NCBI RefSeq assembly: GCF_000181795.1
Contig: NW_003526941.1
Location: 10,284,856 to 10,348,855 of the forward strand
DNA length: 64,000 nt
DNA from: Trichinella spiralis
Taxonomy: Eukaryota
Reading direction: 5' to 3'
Shown here: piece after piece, positions 13,301-27,316 of the stretch
Layout of the letters: each line of letters starts with the position of its first letter
How positions within the stretch are numbered: the first letter of the stretch is position 1
Notes under the pieces: generated by a model
Databases searched by the model: none
What the model saw: the letters and a program-made list of their open reading frames with translations, nothing else
Told to the model about the DNA's origin: nothing
Made by a program: the position numbers and the translations under genes

Positions 13301-15285
13301 CTGCCAACCCAAGCAAAACGGCTAATCAGTCCTAGTTTAACAACCGATAGGGTAATCTGCAAATTGTCGAGTTGTATAAATTTTTGTTTCAACTTCAGGT
13401 CTGCACAATTTGCTATAACAATCAGTAGTAGTTTAGTATAATGTACCTTTTTGATATTGTCTTCATGGCAGAATAGAACCACACCAACAGATCGTTCTTC
13501 GCTCAAACGTGTGATCATCTTTGTGAAATCTTCATCACGATAATGGCGTCTGATTTTTTCATATGCGGATATACAAATTCCTGAAAGCAATGGAATAATG
13601 TATTATTATAGTTTTTTTTTGTTTCCTCCCTATCGACGACGATGAGCTAAGTAAATGGGGCTTGGGGGAGGTGTGTGTGTGTGGGGGGGGAAGCACTTGT
13701 CAATTTTACTTTAATTAACTTTAATGCGTAAAATAATTTTCATTGTTGCGGGGGTTGGTTGTATTTGAAAGACTGACTGTCTACGAGAGAGAGTTGGATC
13801 AATCGATGTTCAAGTTACTTCGCTTCACTGACATATAGTTGAATTTTGCACTCTCCAACAGGCTCTGTCTGAACTTTTCGAATTTGCGTAACAAATGACT
13901 TTTTCCACTATACCATGTAATGCAATCGCACTTTTTCAATTCACTCAGCTCATCATTTATTTTTTCATCATCATCTTCAAGCACCGTCGTATTCAACAAA
14001 ATGGAAGTTATTTAAAAAAGGTTTTCTAACAAACTAATAACAATTGAAATTGTATCAATTATATTTTATAATTGGTGGAGAGGAAATGATTTTGATATTT
14101 TCTTTGAGAAAATAAACCTATGATTAATACATACTTGACAATAAATAGTACAGTATCTATTGGACTAAGGAGGAATGTGAAAGTTATTTTATTTTTTGTC
14201 CAAAAACTCAATTGTACATGTTTTTCGTGAAAATTGAAGATTCTATTGTTCATTTTCATAGTGAAATGTTTAGCTTAAATTCAACTACATCTTCAATCAT
14301 TATTTTACCTTATTTGAAAATGACTTTATTATTTAAATTATGATCTTGCACAGAATAAGTCGATTGGTAAGCGTAGGTAACAATAGTAATAGTAGTAATA
14401 GTAGTAGCAGTAGTAGCATACCCCTTTTTGAAGCGATAAGTTGAAACGCTTCGAATGCCGGTTCACCGTAACTACCCTCATCGGCGATTACTGCGACAAA
14501 ATTCCACTCCAATGCTTGTACAACATCGACAATTGCTTCAGCTTGGAAATTGTCCGGTGGCACGACTCTTGAAAAATAGCCAAACCGTGATTTGTCACTC
14601 AGTTCCACAGAAGTGGATGAATAGCTGATTTGAGGAATCTGTGAATAGAGGAAAAATTTAAAGAAAAATATTCATATAAATAAATTTGGATTAAATACAC
14701 ATAATAGACAACAGAGAAAGAGATATATACGTGGAAAAGTCGAAGCACGTTGGCAATCATAGCCGAAACTTGACTAGATGCGGCACCGATTACGGCCACT
14801 ATCGGTTTTGGAGCTTGTTGATTGGTGTTCAAATAGTCGGAGCAGGTATACTTTTTGGCAATGTCTGCGGCGAACGTTTCTCGAACCAGCTCGAGGGTCT
14901 GCTCGAGTGCGTGTGTATCCTGATGGCAGGTGTCCAGTATGTAGACACCGAGTCGGATTCCGGGCAACAATTTGGGATCGCTGTTAATTTGATCGACCGC
15001 GTACAGCATCGCCTCCATACGTTGAATTCCTTTTTCAAGTTTGATTTCACCGCAGTGCAATCCGGCCGAAGAACCGTCTTCGTGTATTGGAAACAGACCA
15101 CCGATCATCACGTCGCCGGCCAGTTTGATTTGCTTCAAATCGTTCGACTTGTGGACGTGAACTTCGTCCGCTGCTGCTGACTTGCTAGTCGGTCGCCACT
15201 GGTATCCCGGCATCTGACTACTGTGGACCACCAGTGGCAGCAGCAGCAGAGAATTGACGACAAACGGAAGCCACTTGGGGCTCAT
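10379..15285 (-). CDS. Metabotropic glutamate receptor-like class C GPCR (group III / mgl-3 / mXR-like), 11 exons
   Basis: Exons 15285-14731, 14638-14422, 13580-13447, 13356-13206, 13132-13019, 12930-12736, 12650-12533, 12423-11499, 11130-10955, 10894-10806, 10767-10379. Signal peptide, Venus flytrap motifs ([42 protein letters not shown]), Cys-rich domain (CSDPC..CCWTC) and 7TM ([20 protein letters not shown]). The two 3'-most exons are less certain. Confidence 0.93.
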
Positions 15286-15828
15286 TTACAAAACCAAGGG
15301 GTTTTCATCATTTTCGATCGTCTCATTCGCTTCTTTTTGGCTCCCTTGAACAAACAATAATTGCTGGCTTTATCGGTTTGCTTTTGCTTTGATCTGCGGT
15401 CGGTTCCGGTTTTTTTTAATATTATGATTATCAAATGGTGTGTGGTGAAAATGCAATGCCAGCAAAAATGCCCAAATGAACCAAAGCAACACAACGACAA
15501 CGTTGAACCAAAGAATGAACAAGGGAAAATTGCAATAACGGCCAGACAGAGAGAGAAAGAGAGCAGGTCAATTTGGTTAATTTTTTAAGTGGAGCTCAAA
15601 AGTTGGCTCATTGTTCGCGCTTATTTACGGCCCACACCTTTGCTTGTCTGAATTCCGAGGATCAATCGATACGCTGCGTTGCGTTTGTCAACCAACGGGT
15701 CGTCTCAGCCAAACCTTTGTGCAAAGGTTTTTAAGCGTTCATCGTTGCTAAAATGAAATACTGCTTGATTTTGCCGTTTGTTCAAAGTTTGTTATTTTCT
15801 TTTACTTTATATTCTTTTTACATATTTT

Positions 15829-15852
15829 ATCTGATCTGATCTGATCTGATCT
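15829..15852. repeat. (ATCTG)n pentanucleotide repeat
   Basis: atctgatctgatctgatctgatct upstream of the mGluR-like gene. Confidence 0.85.
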
Positions 15853-17052
15853 ACTACAAGCAAGCAGTGCAAAATGAAAGCTGCACGCATCATCTCTATG
15901 CATGAAACTGAACTGTGTATGTATGTATGTATTTGTGTGTGTGTGAGGCAACTAATTTGTTGTGAAATGTCTAATTGCGCTTTAATTATTCAGTCGGAGC
16001 AGTTGAAAGCAGCAACCAATTGATTCCAACTCCTTCAACTAACAACAACATATCGACATGACAAAGAAAAACACTGGCCATTTCCTTTCAGCACAAACTG
16101 AAACTGAAACGGTGGTATGCAGTACCGAGACCAGAGGGGGACAGAGATATTTGAATTCGATGAAAACTGACAAATGGAATATTAATTCTTCGCTAAATCC
16201 TGTTACACAGACTGACTAATAATAATTGTTCATGCATGAATATGGGTATTGTTTTGGGCCAATTATATTCGAATGAGAATTATTGAAAATTCTCTTCGAC
16301 AGCATAAAAATTATTGTTTGATGCAAAATTTGGCATATTTTCCACCGCTACTTGTAGTTCAAATTTCTTTCGTGAAATTTATCATTTCAGAAATGGAAAC
16401 AAAAACAAAATTAACATGGATGGGATATACAATTCTCTTTATGAAATGGCTTTACTAATTGACTGTTTCAGTAAGATTTTCTTGGTATTTTTTTTTAAAC
16501 GATTGGCAAATCATCGATTAGTTTCCACGTATGCATTAATAATGAATGCAATATTAGCATGCATATTATTCTGCAGAAAGGAAGAAATTTTTCAAATTAC
16601 CCGAATTTTAAACAACAAATTCCAATGTGAAACCTTTTAGAAAATGTTGCTTATTTCTCTCTGCTACTACTGGTGAAGCTACTTACTTTTTCCACTGGTT
16701 CCCTTTACTAGGAAGAAATGTTCTCTTTTTTTCCATGTTCTCCATTTTTATTTACACGGTTTAAGTTTACATTATTTTTCATCATTGCGTATTGCATTTT
16801 GGTCTGTTAAAGCGAAATGATCATCAAATTATATGGAATCAATAATAATAATAATAATACAGGCAAATTTTATTCATCTTTTATTAAAATACACTGTTTG
16901 TTGTTTATTTGAAAATGTAGGATTTATTGAGCATATTTTATTTGGTTTCAGTTTAAAAAATAAATTATTACATTGTAAAATGTTCATCATTAATGTCGTA
17001 TTAAGTAAAATTAATCATTTTTACAGTTTTCACTTAATCGTCCATAGATGTA

Positions 17053-17118
17053 TGCATGCATGCATGCATGCATGATAATGATAATGATGATAATAACAAC
17101 AATAATAATGATAATAAT
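17053..17118. repeat. (ATGC)n followed by (ATAATG/AAT)n simple repeats
   Basis: atgcatgcatgcatgcatgcatg then ataatgataatgatgataataacaacaataataatgataataa. Confidence 0.85.
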
Positions 17119-19067
17119 TTTCGTTCACTGCCTTCAAAACAGCAAAATACGAATATCAAATGTATCATTTGGAAGAACTGAAATTTGACACAACGGCTTA
17201 ATAACGTGAGACAAGCTTGCTGTTAGAGCTTAACAACAACTATAATGCGTCACAGAGTTTAAATAAGCTAGCTACACTTGGAAAATATTTCGACAACAAG
17301 ATGATTACATTCAATTTGTCGTTTGCTCTGCTTTGCGTGATAAAACATCTAATGTGTATATAAATTGTTGGCATGTCAACCATTTAAGTGACAGGTTCTA
17401 GATACCCGCCGAGGTTTTCATATTGTCATCAATTTAGAGATTTAAAAATTCTCGTAAACATCAATTTGTATGCAGGCGATTATTGCGACCAACTGAACGA
17501 ACGCATTTGGCCAAACACCTTGAACAACAAACGTTGAATAGAATTAATTGTAACCGGCGTTAAGCACTGAATCTACTTGTTTATTATTTTTTGAATATTG
17601 AAAAAGAGGAAAACTTCTAACATTTTTTATTGTTAATAAATTAATTACGGTAGTTGAATTTCAATCGTGAATTCCTTTTTATCATTTTATTCAGCAAAAT
17701 CTATTTCAATAATCAACAATTTATGGGTAGAGTTGAAAAGATGAAAGGTTTTTTTTCTTTGAATATTACTTTCAATGAATACTGTGCTAATCGAAACACG
17801 TTGTATTGTGTCTTCTTTTATGTGATTTATACAATAGCGTGTAGTATAGTAGCATGCATTGTCTGTTTATTCTAAGAATCAAATGATGAAAAAGGTCGAT
17901 TATCGAAGAAATCTTATCAAAAATTTTCCTTTCTGAACTTTTAACATTGCTATTTGATGTTTCATCACTGGAAGTAGAATATTCATTCGATAATCATGAT
18001 TCATGAAATGAATGTAAATTGCAAATTTTGTAGTTGAAAAACTTTGACTGCTCAATTTTGAATGACATCAAATGAAATTTGAATTATATGATATCACAGT
18101 GTTTTCTAATTAACCATTTGATTTGTTTTGTACTTTTTGAAAATTATTCTATGTGTGGTTGAAATGCGAAACTGTGTTATTATCAGACTGACTAAATTAT
18201 AACATTGATGAAATGAAATGGGAAAGCTGAATAGGACAATGCGTAGTAGAGATGTTGTAGTGTTATAGTGAAATTATGCAATTTTGAAAAATAAAGTACA
18301 AATGAATGAAGTATCCTTATCGAAAGAATAAATAATGCTGATTAAGCGCTTACCACGTACCTTGCGCGGATGGGTGTTCTGAAAGCCGTGAAAATGATGA
18401 TGCATTGATGACAATGCGAATTCATCGGATTGTCATTAGTGAAGCGATGCATTGCGTATGTCAGATGTCAACTTTCTTTTGATATGTGTGAAGCAGAAAT
18501 TGAAAGATAATAAGCCAAGATAGAGGTGGATGTTGATAGGAGGTGCAGTAGACGTTGTGAACACTTTGATGACATGTGTCGAAAATTTTCTGATAACTTA
18601 TAAAGCGTTGAGAAATGATGTTTCATCTTGGGGTCGTTTTTCAACGCCTGCATGCGGTAGATATCTGCCAACCACGTGAAACAGACCTCTACCCACAACT
18701 TGTGTCTAATGAAACCGGCGTCGTCTGATGTTGTTTTTCATTGTCATATCTCAGAGAATAATGAATCTAATAAGAAGGCGTGGCCAATATTAGTGAAGTG
18801 GAAAATCAAATCGTTGAAATGACTGGGGTTTGTTAGTTTCCTTTCTCTTTTTCCTCTTTCATCCACATGATATGTAAATGTTACGTGTGACAAAGAAAGA
18901 GTACACAGTTTTTCAACTGCATGACAACTTTGTTTTCAAATCAAAAAATAGTTTGTTCTGCTTCTTGTTGATCAGCCAATTGCTGCTGCTCTTTTATTTA
19001 AAAATTAATACGATTGTTCACTGCGAAACGATTGGTTTAACAAGCTTTAGTGCAAACATTGCTTTCT

Positions 19068-19095
19068 ATTATTATTATTATTATTATTATTATTA
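19068..19095. repeat. (TAT)n microsatellite
   Basis: About 9 tandem TAT units visible. Confidence 0.9.
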
Positions 19096-22000
19096 CTGTT
19101 GTTTTGTTGTTGGTTTACTTTTTTCATTACTATACTGAAGTGAATAGTGATTAAGATTATTAAGATATTTATTGCAAGGCATGTATTTCGAATGGAATAA
19201 TTGAAAATCAAGTTCATACTAGTGTGAATTGTTCTATTTGTGTGTGTGTGTGTGGATAATATACCAAATGAACGTCGTATTGAAGTGTTGAAATTGTGTT
19301 CTATTATTTAATTAATTCGCTTTATGAACAGTTTGAAACAATCTTCTCACGCTTCGGTGCAGCTAATTTGACCATTCTCAATAATGTTATTGCTGTTTTA
19401 CTGATTTTCAGAAAAAAAATATGCCAACTTAGTGTTTGACTTGAACTGAATTGACAAGAATAGGAAAAATGTAGGCAATTTTGTCAATTTTGAAATCGGT
19501 TCACAAGATATTTGTCTTATTGTGCAGATATTGCAATGTTCGTTGAAAAGCTTTTCCATTTCTGACTCTAGCTGTGAATTTAGACCTCAATCCAAAACAA
19601 CAATACACACCCTGGTCAGTAGTGAAACGTGGCAATCGTTGTGGGGTTCATTATTATTTGCATGAATGCATATCACGGGGTTGTTAATTTTAAAAAATAG
19701 GGAAATTAAATTCAATTTCAATAGAAATTTCCCTTTTGAAATTAACAGTGAAATCAGGATGATAAATGAAAAATGTATTTTTTTTCAATTTTTTGAAATT
19801 GCATTTTCCACATCATATTTGCTCGCTTTTTACAAACGTTAAGTACAAGTTAGTCAAGAATTGTTACAGCAGTTGAAAATTTCATTTTAATAACGGAATA
19901 GGAAATTTTTTCCAAGCTTTTCAAATATTAAACGATCTCTGTGCGCTTGTATCAAGTGATTTCTGATTCCACATTCTCAAAAGTTCGCTTTGTGCTATCA
20001 GAAGAAAATCGAAAGTTCCCATGGCAAAAGTTTATAATTTCTTTGCGTAGTGGGAATGATATGTTGTTTGCAAAACCGAAGTTATGTGCATTATTTATAT
20101 TTATGCATATGAATTATTGCATCACAAAATGGTTTTTTGTTCCTCTTTCAACTTTGCACAAATCACGCACCGATGATTTCGGATTGCTCATTTCAATTCA
20201 TGCATACGTATGGTCGTTGATTTTCATATTCAATAAATTCAACTTTAATATTAATCCATTACCTTTAAAGATTACAAAATGCAAAATTCAGCATTGAAAA
20301 AATTTTAATTATTGATCTAAATTGTATGGCTGAGTTTGTATTTTGCATTTTTTTCTCGTTCTACTTTGACAATATTCAACCAACTAAATCGGTTTGCAAA
20401 AAAAGTTTTAGTTTTGCAAAAAAATGAAAAGAAAAATATTCCATTCAGTAACTTACAGGCTATGCAGGCGAGAATTTCCCACTGACGGACGGCCATGCGG
20501 TGTAGGCTTTATTCACCATCTGCTTTCTGCTCTTTTGGATCGAAAATTGTCGCGGTTTCGAACTTTCTTCAGCTTAGCGCATAAACACTTATCATTTACC
20601 AAGTGGCTTTCTACCCTTTATTTGACCTGCAGTTTGGAAATTTGACGTTCTCTAAAGCCTTGAAGGCTCAAAAAGAACTGACCACTTGCAGTTGTTTATT
20701 GATCACTGCTGACGTGTATTCTTTGGTTGTTATTTGGTGGGATAGGATTTTGAAATGTCCATTTAAGCAGAAGATGATCGCAGAGCAGCGAAAATTTCCT
20801 TATTTCTTCAAACAAATAATTTTCTTTTTCACCGTTCTTATTATTATCATTATTATTATTATCAATCATCATTATTAGTTATCTCATCTGAAGATGGTCA
20901 TAGCAAAATCAGTGAGGAAAGCAAACGCTTTTCATCTCGATAAACTTTCTCTAATCTACGTCAACATCTTCGCCTGATTCTTGATTGTTTTGATGGCATC
21001 TCTAACGGTGGTGGCTGATGATAATTTGATTAGAGTTATCGTTAATTGAATTTATCTTTGTTAAAAATGTCTACATACATTTCACGGCTATTCCACACCA
21101 GCTAAGAGGCTTAGGCTTATGTGAACGCACAAATTATAAAATTCAAAATTTATACAATTCTTTCTTTTTTTCTTTTTTGTTTTAACAATTTGGTTTATTA
21201 TTTATTTCATTTAACGTTGATTCATTTTTCTGTAAAATTAATAAATTACGGATATTGAATTGAACAGTGAGTGCATGCTTTTTTTTACACCTGCTACTAT
21301 CACACCTCAACTATTGAAAACTTTTTTATTATCAATTTTCTCAGTGGTTACTTATTGCTTGCTTTCTTTTCTTTGCCTTGTGTAAGTAATATCAGCAAAC
21401 TGAAGCGATATTGAACACAATTTTTTCCATATCTTTACATTATTTTCGTTGTTTGTTTGTTTGTTAAAAAATGATAATGATGGTGGTGGTCAAGTAAGCA
21501 AGTGATGATGCTTGTTTGAAATTATTGATAATGGCATTTTTATTTTTTATTGATGATTGAATTGAAAGTGACACATCTTCATTTACTTGAAGAAAACTGG
21601 GAATTGACCAATATTTACATAAATATGTTTATATAAAGTGGGTGCAGATTGGCTTGATTTGCTATTTCAAACAGTCAATTTCAATTATTAAATAAATAAT
21701 TGCAAAACTAAAGCAATTAATAAGAGATACCTTTTATTCTTTTTCTTTTCTACAAATAATTACATTTCAATTGCAAACATCATTTTGCATGTGGCGTACA
21801 AAATTTAGTCGAAACAATTGAGCTACTACATGCACAACTGAACTAAAACACAGTGACAGCTTACTCAAATTTGATCTGACACACCGTTTATTATTATTAT
21901 TATTATCGAATTTCTGACGAGTCGGATTTCTGTTTTAAAAAGCAAAGTTTTGTTACAACCACGCGCATATCTGTTTATCCATTCTGCATCCCATTACTAC

Positions 22001-25000
22001 CCATTACAAGAAAATTCCACAATTGTCTATCTCGGCTATTGATCATCCTCATTTAAACGGATATTTGGTGCACAACCAGTCTCAACGTTGTTGCGAATTG
22101 TTCACGCAGAAATGCTCCGACGTTGTGAAACAGATAGAATTCAACGGACGTTTCATACATGTTCTCCTCGTTTCGCTTATTACTTCTAATTGCTTGCTGT
22201 TCATTTATTAAACGCTTTAAACAGTATTGACACGCCAAAATTGGATAGCAACATTCGCAGGTGCTGTTACATCGCTCTTGTCTTGTTGTCATCATCATCA
22301 TCACATGTGCAAAATATCACCCAACAGCGATTTTCATATTATTTCGAATCGCATTTGCATTTCGAACACGATTTCTAATCCCCTTTTCTATGCTACTTTT
22401 CAGTTTCTATAATCAATCATGAAATTTTACTTTCTGTTAACACTTTGAGTGGAATCGACTGAAAAGTACCCTTTCAACTGTTGTATACACGTGTGGATAT
22501 TTATTTCACACATAGCTGGAACCTGAGTGAGATCTATATATAATGTATATTAAATAAGCGATTTGAATTTTCTCTTCAAATGGAATAATTCATATTGAAG
22601 ATTTAGTCATAGAAGAGACAAAAATTGGCAATGCAAATTTAACAAGAACAAAAAAACTAAAAAGTAAACTGTGCAGTTGTTTACTTGTAAACATTTGTAA
22701 ATAGTTATTTGATTACTCTTCAACAATTCAGTTATTCAGTTCGCTAACGATAATCCATATCGAATCCTTTTTATTAATTTTACTGAATTACTGCGTAATT
22801 ACGAATGATCAAGGTTGTTATCATTGTAGAAATAGTTTTGTTTTTTTTTGCAAAAAACTTTATTCAACTCAACTTCTGTTTTGTTTCAAATCAATCAACC
22901 ACTTTCAATATCAAACAAGAAATTATGCATGTTTCAACGGTTTTCAAGTTAAAATTGGCATATTTAATAAAAACAGTCGAAGCAGGACGTTTTGCAAATG
23001 AGAAGTTTCAAATTTTGTTTCCTCAAATGATGATGATTATGTTGTTGTGTTGCAGTTTTTTTGCACGGAATTAAAGTGAAGTTTTAAACTCAACTATGGA
23101 AAAATCGCTTGCTTCCACTAATCGACAATACACGAACAAAAATAATAATTCTCTCATACATGAGTGGTACATATTTTTGAAGTTGTTTTGCAAAAATTTT
23201 TTCGATTTTTGGATTGTTTTTCAAATTTATGCATTTTTGAGCTATCAAAAATGTTATTCTTGCAAATGCAGCAAAACAAACAATTTTCTGCAAAACAACC
23301 TGCAAACAATATTCGAACAAGCGGAAGTCAGTTGCAATGGAGGAATTTTTCATTTAAAGTATAAATTTAAAATTCCATTGATGTACGATCTCGTCAGGCA
23401 ATATGCACATTGTGAATTAATATAATATGAGCAATGGGTGTGCTGTTGTTGGTGTTGTTGGTTTTTTAAACTTATCTTAATGACTGCCAATTGATGCTGC
23501 TTAATTTTATCCATAAAAATGGATTTGTTGTTTATTTTTCTTCACATTTTGCGTGCAATTTGTCACCACACATGCCGATCACTTGCATGATAATGCGTAA
23601 ATTTTATTATATCACATTGTTGGCATTATCACATCGGAAAAACGTGTGCTGTTCAGTGTTGATGTAGAAATAGTACTGCCGACAATGAGATTATATGAAC
23701 TTCATTGTCATTCGACATTGTCCTTGTTGTTAACAAATAATATTCGTTTCAAACCGACAATGCTGCTATTTTTATTAATTTGATTTGTAATTTTTGAAAT
23801 TTGATTCATTTATAATGAAAATAAAGTTGAACAACTGAATGAATAATTAATTATTTAGATTAAGTTAGTTTCTACTTTTCTCTTTCAATTTTGTCAATAA
23901 TTAGTTGATCATTGGAAACGATTTATTTTTGCAGTTGTTTTCCTAAGACTTTAATGTAATTTAATAAAATTGATTGTTGCTATTTTCATCACAGAAAGGA
24001 ATCATTGTTGACAAATGAAACGGCAAATATACATATCCAATATTGGCGTTTCTTTTTTTTGCTTTCTCGTTTATTTTCAACAGTTGAACAGTGCGCAGAA
24101 TTTTGTTTTTTTGGGAACAAGTGCCAAGCATATTGTACGGTTCGATCTTCTATGCTAATGATGCTTTGAATTCAGCTATATACTAAGTTTGTATTGCATA
24201 GCAGCGTTTTTGTTGGATTTGTTCAGTTTTTTTTCTAATATGAATCCATCCTCAGTTTGACATTGTTACTTCACAACAGCAGATGCTTTCTTGGAAAATT
24301 GAATTTTCACTATGTGCATGCATCCATAGGGAACGAAAATTTCTTGCAAGCAATCTACCAACTGTGCAAGCGGTTAGACAATTAATTGATGCAGTACCAC
24401 CTTGATAATTAGATGAAACATTTCTGATAGAAAACTTTTGCTTAGTGATTTTCAAAACTGATTAATTGCTGGCAAATATTTTATTAACACACACATTACC
24501 GCTGCGATAGGAACGTTTCTCATGTTATTCATGTCATTCGATTCCAGTAATGTGATTAATAATAGTTGTCGAATATGACATTACGTTCCCATCTGTTGAA
24601 AGCTAGGGAAATGATTGATAATCGGTTAAATGGTCAAGCAAAAGTACAATGTGCAATGAGTTGCTAGAAAATGAGTAGCACAACACGTATGCGATGAAGC
24701 TGTTGAGTGAATGTTGAAATATAAAATATAATCAGAAAATTTCCATTTACAAAAATAAACTGGCATGGGATAACAGCCTTCATTTTATTTTAGCTTCATC
24801 TATTTTATTTTTCATCAGAATTATCTCTAACCAGCTATTTTTAGCCCTGAAAAAATTAATCTTAATTATCTGTCTACTGTAGATATTTTAACTGTGTGAT
24901 GAAAATTATTTAGTCATTTATTTATTTAGCAGTAGTATTGTAATAACTAAAGATTATTCCTTTTTTTCAATAAACTTTTCTTCATCAGTTTATAATAATC

Positions 25001-25299
25001 ATCTTTTATAGTCTTGAAAAATTCACAAAATGAAATACAGTAAACTGCAATATTGATTAGATAGAAATGATTACTAAAAAGTTGTTCAATTAAATGTGTG
25101 TGTTTCAAATAAACCCTGCAAATTCATTAGATATTGGTCATGTATTTTTTTCCCAAATCAAAACTGTAGATTCTTTTAATTGCTTTTTTGATTAAACCTG
25201 AGCATCAGTTTGGTAGGCTGTAAGCGTAGCATGGCGTATACGTAGGTTGTTTTTCGTGGCTTGTTCGCTTGTTTTGCTTCTCTCTCCGCGTTGAACGTC

Positions 25300-25671
25300 A
25301 TGGCTCCGAAAGTTCCTGCGAAAGGCGTAAAGAAAGCTGGGAAAGCGCAAAAAGTTACCAAAGCTGGCGATAGAAAGCGTAAAAGATCCCGTAAGGAATC
25401 ATTTGCTAGTTACATCTATAAAGTTTTGAAACAAGTTCATCCTGACACTGGCATTAGCAGTAAAGCTATGTCTATAATGAACAGTTTTGTTAATGACATT
25501 TTTGATCGTATTGCGGCTGAATCATCCCGGTTGGCGCACTACAATCACCGCAGCACAATCAGTTCTAGAGAAATTCAGACTGCAGTGCGTCTGTTGTTGC
25601 CTGGAGAATTGAGCAAACATGCTGTCAGCGAAGGCACTAAAGCTGTCACAAAATATACCAGCGCGAAATAA
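25300..25671 (+). CDS. H2B: Histone H2B, intronless, 123 aa
   Basis: MAPKVPAKG...[42 protein letters not shown]...[16 protein letters not shown], a canonical H2B fold. First ATG is at 25300. Confidence 0.98.
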   Translation: MAPKVPAKGVKKAGKAQKVTKAGDRKRKRSRKESFASYIYKVLKQVHPDTGISSKAMSIMNSFVNDIFDRIAAESSRLAHYNHRSTISSREIQTAVRLLLPGELSKHAVSEGTKAVTKYTSAK

Positions 25672-27316
25672 TTTTTTGACCAGTGCATTTTTTGGCGTCA
25701 ACACACCTGTGTGATTTCCCGGAGTTGGATGTATCATGTGCTTTTAAATAAATTCCTCTCTTTTTTCCTATACATGTAATCATCACAAATACATATATAT
25801 AATATACATATGCATGTATGGGAAATAATTGTTTTCTCATTCATTTACCGTCTGTAATGTCATATATCTTAGTTTGATATGAGTTTGCTTGAATGTCCAC
25901 ATTATTATGAGTTAATGTTTGTGGTATCGGTTGGGAATGAATAAAAGTTCGAAGCAAAGTTTTTGTTTACTGTCTGTCACCAAATGGTCTGTGTTTCTTT
26001 GATGAAGTCATTCAATTGTAGTGCTTTTGATCATTTCTTACACTGTCAACATCACTTGAATAGCACGATAAATTTTTAACAACATTAATTGATTCACGTT
26101 GTTTGCATAATATTTTTTAAATTATGTAGTGTATATTTACTTTGTTTGTTCTGAAAGCCAGTATTCTGTGTGCGCAATTCGTAATATTTTAGCGTTTCGA
26201 TTCCATCCCGTGAAATGGTACTTTAAAATGCATAATTGTTTTGTTCATTTTTTGAAATAGATCCCATAATTCGAATTCATCTTTTTGTGACTGATCTCTG
26301 AAAATTGCGTTTTATATTCTGTGAAATTTATTTTTTAATAGATATCGAAGAAAGAAATAGTAGTTAGTATAATTCAAATTGTACATTTCACACAGCGTAA
26401 ACAAGATCAGCGGAAATCAAATTTTCTGCTCGTGATTCGGGAAGCGAGTCTAATTTGCTTGTCTGAAAAAACTTGCTCGCTTGTTTGTGTAGATGAAAGT
26501 TGCAAGAGTCGAATGTATTTAGCACGCGACATTTCAAACTTTAACCATTGAATTTCATATTACGATTTATCGATTGGTCCTAACACTAATTTCATTTCTC
26601 ATAGAAACTGCTTCTACTGGTACAATGTTGCGGTTATTATTGATTTTCATTTTGAAGAACAAAACGTAGTTCTATTCCATCATATTTGCATATATATGAA
26701 TAGAAAGATTGAGCTTAGTTTTGTCGATTGCGATATATTTATTTTCATGTTTATAATTTGAGGGAACATTTTAAATGTAACCGCGCAAAGAATTTCTGAA
26801 ATTACGATTTTTATTGCTGATATTTATCTACTTTTTTTGCATTCTACAGTAATAAAAAATCAAGTACAACTTGGCGATGAATAGAGCGAGAATGTGAAAG
26901 AAAATAATGTAGCGTTATTTTTTCTGTTATATATACTTTTCAAGTATGTATATAACATACAGCATATACGTCAGTTATGTTATATGAACTGTTCTCGAGG
27001 GTAGCCAATCTATCTAGATAAGATAAGACTGATAAATTTCATCTAGGGTTTTAATAGCAACAAAGTGTACACTGCTTTTTATTTTTGTTGAAGAATTCGT
27101 TTTTAATGAATTGAACTGTACAGAACGATACAGAGCTTCGGCGATGTATACCAAAATTAATCAAAAACCCTGTAAAGTTGCATTTTGAAAAAAAACAAAA
27201 AACAATTCCTTGGCAGCTGGTTGTTTTTGATTAACATCAATTACAGATAGCTAAAGCGGAATTTTATCCCGGCAGCCGGCTGCAGGCACGGTTTCGCTTC
27301 TTACTCAGCTGCTCTG

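Noticed and set aside
13799..13999. 66-codon same-strand ORF inside mGluR intron 2
   Set aside because: No convincing splice sites or homology, and the flanking exons already join into an intact Venus flytrap domain.
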